A stretch of 64,000 nucleotides of DNA from an uncultured Acidimicrobiia bacterium (GTDB lineage: Bacteria > Actinomycetota > Acidimicrobiia > IMCC26256 > JAENVU01). Shown here piece after piece: positions 58,814 to 64,000 of this stretch. Position 1 is the first letter of the stretch. Each line of letters starts with the position of its first letter. The position numbers were made by a program, and so were the translations under genes. Under the pieces are notes generated by a model that saw only the letters and a list, made by a program, of their open reading frames with translations, searched no databases and was not told the origin of the DNA. The stretch lies in assembly GCA_963770105.1 (NCBI GenBank), contig CAVYOL010000001.1, positions 296,786 to 360,785 on the forward strand. The letters run 5' to 3'.

Positions 58814-59530
58814 GTGATCGAGGCAGTCATCTTCGACTACGGCGGCGTGTTCTCCAGCCCGCTGTTCCGTGGCATCGGAAAGTTCGAGACCGACATGGGC
58901 TACCCGCCCGGCGCGGTGCTCGAGCTCCTCTTCGGCGACAAGGGGTACATCGGGGTCGAGGGCTGGGGCTACACGCCCGAGGCCCCGAAGCCGGCGCCCG
59001 AGAACATCGAGTGGACCCACGACTTCCACCTCATGGAGATCGGCGAGCTCTCCCTCGACGACTGGTTCGCCGGCGTCCAGGCCCGCGCACCGGAGATCCT
59101 CGGTCAGCCGATCAACATGGACGCGTACTTCACGTTCATGGCCGAGATGCCCGTGGGCGTGCACTGGCCGGTCGTGCACCGGGCGCGTCAGCTGCTCGCG
59201 GACGGCGTGCCGATCGCGCTCCTCACGAACAACGTGAAGGAGTGGGGCGATCACTGGCGCGCCACGTTCCCCGTCGACGAGCTGTTCGAGATCATCGTGG
59301 ACTCGAGCGCGGTCGGCATGCGCAAGCCCGACCCGCGCATCTACCGGCTGACGTGCGAGCGCCTCGACGTCACACCCGAAGCCTCGGTGTTCATCGACGA
59401 CAACGCCGAGAACGTCGCGGCGGCCGCCGCGCTCGGCATGGAGACGGTGCACTTCGGCGAGGACCCGTTCGTTGCCGTCGCCGAGCTCGACGAGATCCTC
59501 GACCGCCGCGGCGTCACGCCCCGCCCCTGA
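58814..59530 (+). CDS. HAD-superfamily hydrolase
   Basis: Motif I (V)IEAVIFDYGGV, LLTNN, KPDPRIY, FIDDNAENV. GTG start. Confidence 0.8.
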   Translation: MIEAVIFDYGGVFSSPLFRGIGKFETDMGYPPGAVLELLFGDKGYIGVEGWGYTPEAPKPAPENIEWTHDFHLMEIGELSLDDWFAGVQARAPEILGQPINMDAYFTFMAEMPVGVHWPVVHRARQLLADGVPIALLTNNVKEWGDHWRATFPVDELFEIIVDSSAVGMRKPDPRIYRLTCERLDVTPEASVFIDDNAENVAAAAALGMETVHFGEDPFVAVAELDEILDRRGVTPRP

Positions 59531-59540
59531 TCCCACTGTC

Positions 59541-59604
59541 GACCAACGTTCTCGGCCCGTTGGACCGCGCCTGGCGCGGTCGAGCGTGCCGAGAACAGTT
59601 GGTC
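59541..59604. repeat. compound palindromic element, copy 2, between the convergent HAD hydrolase and pmbA genes
   Basis: GACCAAC-GTTCTCGGCCCG-ttg-GACCGCGC-ctg-GCGCGGTC-gag-CGTGCCGAGAAC-a-GTTGGTC. It shares its arms and architecture with the copy at 52085-52133. Confidence 0.6.
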
Positions 59605-59608
59605 AGGG

Positions 59609-60964
59609 TCAGGCGCCGGACATCGTCATGTCAGAGAGCAGGAGCGTGACGCCCGCGGCGCCGCCGGGGAGCCACGTGAGGTCGGCGCCGACCTCGACGA
59701 CGTCGAGCAACATCCGCTGCAACGTCGACGCGATCGTGATCTCCCGCACGGGCTCGGCGAACGCGCCGTCGCGCACCAGGAGCCCCTCGGCCCCGACCGA
59801 GAAGTCACCGCTCACCGGGTCCGTGCCCGAGTGCAGCCCACTGACCGACTGCACGTAGAGCGCTTCGGGCACCGACGCGAGGACCTCCGCCGGTGACTTG
59901 GTCCCCGGGCGCAGATGCAGCGCGCGGGCCCCGACGGACGGCGTCGACTTGAAGCCGCGCATCGCGGAGCCGGTCGTGCGCGCCCCGGACCGGCGCGCCG
60001 TGTAGACGTTGTGCAGGAAGCCCTGGAGGTGGCCGTCGACGATGAGCTCGACGCGGCGGGTCGGCACGCCCTCGCCGTCGTGGGTCGCGGCGCCGAACGC
60101 ATCCGGCAGCGTCGGGTCGTCGACGAGCGTCACGTTCACGGCGGCGACCTCTTCGCCCGTGCGCCCGACGAACATCGATCGGCCCTTGAGCACCGCTTCA
60201 CCGCTGAGCGCCGCGCCGAGCAGGCCCAGCAACGACCGGGTCACCAACGGATCGAAGATGACCGGCAGCCGTCGGGACGCGGGTTGGCGGGCGCCGAGCA
60301 GGCGGGTCGACCGTTCCGCGGCGTCGCGCGCCGCGACGCCGACGTCGAGGTCGGCGATCGTGCGCCCGACCGAGAACCCGTAGCCCGTCTGCGTCTCCTC
60401 ACCCGAGCCCGCCATCGCGAACGACGCGACCGAGCACACCGTCCGCCGGGCCGTGGCCTCGACGCCCAGCGAGCTCGCGACCGCGACCTCCACCGCGCCG
60501 TCGCCGTACGACGCCGACTCGACGCCGCGCACGCGCGGATCCGCGGCGCGGGTCGCGGCTTCGACCTCGAGCGCGAGCGCGACCTTGTCCTCGGCCGGGA
60601 CCGCGAGCAGCGCGTCGCGCCAGAGGTCGAGGTCCGCGGCGGCGACGGCGGACGCGTCCTCGGGCGTGGCAAGCCCGAGGGACTCGTCCTGGGTCCCGAA
60701 GCCCGCGTTGTCACGCGCCTCGGCCACCGTCTCCGCGACCACGTCCGGGTCCAGCGAGCCGGCCCACGCGTAGCCCTGGCGGTGATCGAGGAGCAGCCGG
60801 ATGCCGACGCCGTCGACCTCCGCGACCGCGAGCGACTCCACCTCGCCGTCGAACACCTTCACGTCCGTGTCGCGGGACCTGAGCACGTACGCCTCGAGCT
60901 CCTCACCCGGACGCGCCATCGCCGCGACGGTGCGCGCGACCTCGAGCAGGTTGCGGGCGCTCAT
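59609..60964 (-). CDS. pmbA: TldE/PmbA family metalloprotease subunit
   Basis: Intact 451 aa TldD/PmbA-fold sequence without an HExxxH motif. ATGA overlap with tldD. Confidence 0.85.
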   Translation of the reverse strand: MSARNLLEVARTVAAMARPGEELEAYVLRSRDTDVKVFDGEVESLAVAEVDGVGIRLLLDHRQGYAWAGSLDPDVVAETVAEARDNAGFGTQDESLGLATPEDASAVAAADLDLWRDALLAVPAEDKVALALEVEAATRAADPRVRGVESASYGDGAVEVAVASSLGVEATARRTVCSVASFAMAGSGEETQTGYGFSVGRTIADLDVGVAARDAAERSTRLLGARQPASRRLPVIFDPLVTRSLLGLLGAALSGEAVLKGRSMFVGRTGEEVAAVNVTLVDDPTLPDAFGAATHDGEGVPTRRVELIVDGHLQGFLHNVYTARRSGARTTGSAMRGFKSTPSVGARALHLRPGTKSPAEVLASVPEALYVQSVSGLHSGTDPVSGDFSVGAEGLLVRDGAFAEPVREITIASTLQRMLLDVVEVGADLTWLPGGAAGVTLLLSDMTMSGA

Positions 60965-62349
60965 GCCGCGGTCCCACCGACGGTGAGCTCACGGATCCGC
61001 AACGTCGGCTGACCGGACGACACGGGAACGCCCTGACCGTCCTTGCCGCACGTCCCGGCCCACGTGTCGAAGTCCCGGCCGACCATGTCGACGCCGAGCA
61101 GCGTCTCGGGCCCGTTGCCGATGAGCTGTGCGTTGCGGACGGGCTCGGTGATGTGGCCGTCCTCGATCATGTACGCCTCCGTGATGCCGAACACGAAGTC
61201 GCCGGTCGCGGTGTTGACCTGACCGCCGCCCAACGCCACGCAGTAGAGGCCGTACGGGGTCTGCCGGATGATGTCGTCCTCGTCGTCGGCGCCCGGCACC
61301 AGGAACGTGTTCGTCATCCGCACCATCGGCAGGTGCTGGTACGTCTCGCGCCGACCGTTCCCGCTGCTGGCCCGCCCTTCCTTGCGGGCGCGCACGAGAT
61401 CCCACATGTAGTCCGTGAGCACGCCGTCCTCGATCAGGACGTTGCGCTGTGCCGGCGCACCCTCGTCGTCAATCGCGTACGCGCCCCACTCGCGCGCCAG
61501 CCCGCCGTCGTCGACCAACGTCACGAGCGGCGACGCGACCTGCTCGCCGACCCGGCCCCGGAACACCGACGCATCGCGACCGACGAGGTCGGCTTCGAGA
61601 CCGTGACCGCACGCTTCGTGGAACAGCACGCCACCCGCGCCGCGCTTGAGCACGACGGGGACCTTGCCGCTCGGCGCGGGCCGGGCATCCAGCTTGGAGA
61701 GCGCACGCGCGGCGGCGATGTGCGCGATGTCCTCCGGCGCGTGCTCGTCGAAGTACTCGAAGCCGACGGTGAACCCGGGCGCCTCCATCCCTGTCTGCAT
61801 CCCGGTGTCACCGACCGCGACGCAGTTGACCATGAAGCGCGTGCGCACCTGGTCGTCCTCCGTCAGCAGACCGTCCGAGTTCGCGACCAGGATCCGGCGC
61901 CGTCCGTCCGCGTAGCTCGCGGTGACCTGGCGCACGGAGTCGCCCTCGGCCCGCGCGGCTTCGTCGGCCCGGGTCAGCATCTCCACCTTGCGCGCCTTCT
62001 CGACCCCTTCGGGGAGGACCTTCACGTCGTGCGGCGGCGACGCCGGGCGGCGGGTCAGCGGCACGATCTTCGCCCCGGGCCCACCCGAGCTCGCCGCCGC
62101 GGCCGCGGCCTCCGCGGCTTCACCCAGCCCCGCTTCCGAGAGGTCCGCGGTGTGCGCGTACCCGGTGGTCTCGCCCCGCACCACGCGCACGCCGGCACCG
62201 CGCTCACGACCCGAGCGCAGCTCCTCGACCTTGCCGTCGTCGAACGTGGCGCTCGACGACCGCCGGTCCTCGGCGAACACCTCCGCAAAGTCGCCGCCCT
62301 TGGCCAGGGCACGATGCAGGGTGCGGGACAGGACGGACTCTTCGATCAC
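60961..62349 (-). CDS. tldD: TldD metalloprotease
   Basis: Intact 462 aa. HExxxH motif in VLFHEACGHGLEAD. Confidence 0.9.
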   Translation of the reverse strand: MIEESVLSRTLHRALAKGGDFAEVFAEDRRSSSATFDDGKVEELRSGRERGAGVRVVRGETTGYAHTADLSEAGLGEAAEAAAAAASSGGPGAKIVPLTRRPASPPHDVKVLPEGVEKARKVEMLTRADEAARAEGDSVRQVTASYADGRRRILVANSDGLLTEDDQVRTRFMVNCVAVGDTGMQTGMEAPGFTVGFEYFDEHAPEDIAHIAAARALSKLDARPAPSGKVPVVLKRGAGGVLFHEACGHGLEADLVGRDASVFRGRVGEQVASPLVTLVDDGGLAREWGAYAIDDEGAPAQRNVLIEDGVLTDYMWDLVRARKEGRASSGNGRRETYQHLPMVRMTNTFLVPGADDEDDIIRQTPYGLYCVALGGGQVNTATGDFVFGITEAYMIEDGHITEPVRNAQLIGNGPETLLGVDMVGRDFDTWAGTCGKDGQGVPVSSGQPTLRIRELTVGGTAA

Positions 62350-62363
62350 GACACGCCTCCGAA

Positions 62364-62786
62364 GTGCTGCCGACCGCGCGGGGTGCGTATGGTACGCCCG
62401 TGCCGCTGGAACCCGGACTCGTGGGATCGAGCTCTCTGACCGTCTGCGAAGGCGACACCGCGCTCGCGCTCGGCAGTGGCGACGTGCCCGTGCTCGCGAC
62501 GCCGCGAGTGGTCCTGCTCGCGGAGCGGGCGACGGTCCAGGCCGTCGAGGGTCAGGTCGAGCCCGGGCACACCACGGTGGGCTACCGGGTCCAGCTCGAC
62601 CACCTCGCGCCGGTGCCGGTGGGCGACGAAGTGCTCGCCGAGGCCGTGCTCGAATCGGTCGAGGGCCGCCGATTGACGTTCCGGGTCTCGGTCAAGCACC
62701 GCGACGGACTGGTGGCGGCCGGCCGGATCACCCGGGTCGTCGTGGAGCGGGCCCGGTTCCTCGGGAAAGCCGCCGGCACCTCCTGA
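62364..62786 (+). CDS. hotdog-fold thioesterase (FlK/FcoT-like)
   Basis: TVCEGDTALALGSGDVPVLATPRVVLLAE...GHTTVGYRVQLDHLAPVPVGDEV...GRRLTFRV. The true start is probably an internal GTG (62400 or 62421). Confidence 0.7.
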   Translation: MLPTARGAYGTPVPLEPGLVGSSSLTVCEGDTALALGSGDVPVLATPRVVLLAERATVQAVEGQVEPGHTTVGYRVQLDHLAPVPVGDEVLAEAVLESVEGRRLTFRVSVKHRDGLVAAGRITRVVVERARFLGKAAGTS

Positions 62787-62807
62787 TCCACCGGTACCCT
62801 CCACGGC

Positions 62808-63518
62808 ATGGGCGACCCCGGGAACCCGTCGAATCCCAACGTGGGCCCGGGACCCGAGCCGGACCCCGATCAGCCGGGCTGGGCCAGCCCGAACCCCCCG
62901 CCGCCGGCCCCCTCGGCACCGTCTGACCCGCCCGCGTCGACACCGCCGGCGGCACCCACCGAGCCGGTGCCCCAGGCCCCGGCGGCCCCGCCCGCTCCGC
63001 AACCCGCGTGGGGCGCTCCCCCGCCGGTCTGGGGCACCCCGCCACCCGGCGCGCCCGTCCCACCCGGAGGCGGCGTCCCCGGTGGTGGCTGGACGCCCGG
63101 GCCCGCGCCCAGGAAGCGCCGGCTCACGTGGCTGTGGATCCTGATCCCGGTGCTGCTCGTGTTCGTCGCGAGCACCGTCGTCGTCATCGTCTTCGTGACC
63201 AAGCTCGTGACCGCCCCGATCCAGACGACGAACGACTACTACGCGGACCTGCGCGACGGTCGGTACACCGCGGCGTACGGGAAGCTGTGCTCGCTGCGCC
63301 GCGAGGAGGTCACTCTCGACGACTTCACCTCACAGCAGCGGAGCCAACCCCGGGTCCAGAGCTTCAACTTCGACAACATCGACTTCTCGAGCAACCGCTC
63401 GGACGTCGACGTCGTGGTGAAGGGGACGGTCACGCGCAACGGCTTCGACCGTGACACGCAGGTCGGGCTCTGGCGCGAGCACGACCACTGGAAGGTCTGC
63501 ACCATCACCCAGGGCTGA
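62808..63518 (+). CDS. membrane-anchored protein with a Pro-rich N-terminus, one TM segment and a small NTF2/DUF4878-like C-terminal domain
   Basis: PPPAPSAPSDPPASTPPAAP..., TM LTWLWILIPVLLVFVASTVVVIVFV, then YYADLRDGRYTAAYGKLC...WKVCTI. Confidence 0.6.
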   Translation: MGDPGNPSNPNVGPGPEPDPDQPGWASPNPPPPAPSAPSDPPASTPPAAPTEPVPQAPAAPPAPQPAWGAPPPVWGTPPPGAPVPPGGGVPGGGWTPGPAPRKRRLTWLWILIPVLLVFVASTVVVIVFVTKLVTAPIQTTNDYYADLRDGRYTAAYGKLCSLRREEVTLDDFTSQQRSQPRVQSFNFDNIDFSSNRSDVDVVVKGTVTRNGFDRDTQVGLWREHDHWKVCTITQG

Positions 63519-63552
63519 CCACGCGAGTCCGACCAGGCGCGGTCGGGCCGGC

Positions 63553-64000
63553 TCACGCCGCGGGGGACTCCCGGAGCGTCGCGTCGAGGAACTCCTCGAG
63601 CGCCTGCAGCCACGCCGACGGGTTCTCGAACTGCGGCGAGTGCCCCGCGTCGGGAATCACGGCCAGCTCGGCCCCCGGGATCGTCGCGGCCATGTCGCGC
63701 GAGACCCCGACGAACGGCGTGTCCTGCTCACCGACGATGACGAGGGTCGGGCAGCCGACCGAAGCGAGCGACGCGAGCTCGTCGGACTGGTTCGCGATGG
63801 CGCGGGCGAGCGTCGCCCACATCATCGGGGAGAGCGTCGCCCACTTCCGGTCGTTGAACTCGCGGTAGCCGGGCCGCTCCACCAGCAGCCGTTCGTACGC
63901 CGGGGTCCCGAGCGGCGAGAACGCGTCCATGATCCGCTTGAGCTCGTCCATCCCGTCAGTGAGCGCGATCACGGCACCCATCTCGAGCAGCTCGTCGTCG
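63553..64000 (-). CDS. alpha/beta hydrolase, C-terminal part; the gene continues beyond the right edge
   Basis: CPTLVIVGEQDTPF...IPDAGHSPQFENP (catalytic His region). The ORF is still open at position 64000. Confidence 0.7.
   Translation of the reverse strand, partial: DDELLEMGAVIALTDGMDELKRIMDAFSPLGTPAYERLLVERPGYREFNDRKWATLSPMMWATLARAIANQSDELASLASVGCPTLVIVGEQDTPFVGVSRDMAATIPGAELAVIPDAGHSPQFENPSAWLQALEEFLDATLRESPAA

Noticed and set aside
56903-59536. The longest ORF in the track (877 aa, minus strand).
   Set aside because: It overlaps three better-supported genes in other frames or on the other strand: the SAF protein, the secreted hydrolase 57220-58704 and the HAD hydrolase. Its translation is Arg/Gly/Asp/Pro-rich with no motif. 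This is a typical shadow ORF of a GC-rich genome.

Overview
High-GC (about 70-72%) actinobacterial-type chromosomal segment with about 60 protein genes, one tRNA, and no rRNA, CRISPR array, transposase or recognisable defence system. Real genes were separated from the many long Arg/Pro/Gly-rich shadow ORFs by recognisable motifs, GGAGG-type RBSs and translationally coupled overlaps.

Content from left to right:
- 0.2-7 kb: small regulators and enzymes (SnoaL-like, cNMP-binding protein, tandem HD-GYP-LuxR fusion, DUF4242, methyltransferase, TetR plus ABC-2 exporter, ArsR).
- 7.1-8.3 kb: a secreted 7-repeat Cys-pair protein.
- 8.4-11.9 kb: a 3.5 kb AfsR/SARP-type STAND regulator.
- 12-17.5 kb: enoyl-CoA hydratase, then a minus-strand run of FtsX permease, NHL-like propeller and arylamine N-acetyltransferase.
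- 17.6-21.2 kb: DUF2254 membrane protein and a roughly 700 aa coiled-coil protein.
- 21.7-25.7 kb: a CitE-like lyase / amidohydrolase / acyl-CoA ligase module.
- 26-32 kb: RpiR, TetR, lipase, thioesterase and related genes.
- 32-44 kb: a cell-envelope locus with four GT-C-like glycosyltransferases, a PAP2 gene, a pentapeptide lipoprotein and a solitary substrate-binding protein.
- 44-47.7 kb: a lower-GC block ending at tRNA-Ala(CGC).
- 47.8-64 kb: a conserved core region (PI-PLC-like, translin-like, moaC, moaA, moeA, galU, plsY, FmdB zinc ribbon, SAF protein, hydrolases, pmbA/tldD, thioesterase).

The most striking property is that about half of the genes, including plsY, galU, moaA and moeA, are interrupted by +/-1 frameshifts. 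This fits consensus indel errors better than true decay, but it cannot be settled from the sequence alone.

Other points worth a second look:
- a compound palindromic repeat present in two copies (upstream of moaA, and between the HAD hydrolase gene and pmbA);
- the GT-C locus, which contains an inverted and heavily degraded paralogue;
- the decayed island next to the tRNA;
- the Cys-pair propeller-like protein.

I did not find a clearly novel multi-gene system. All functional calls rest on motif recognition from memory, not on database searches.
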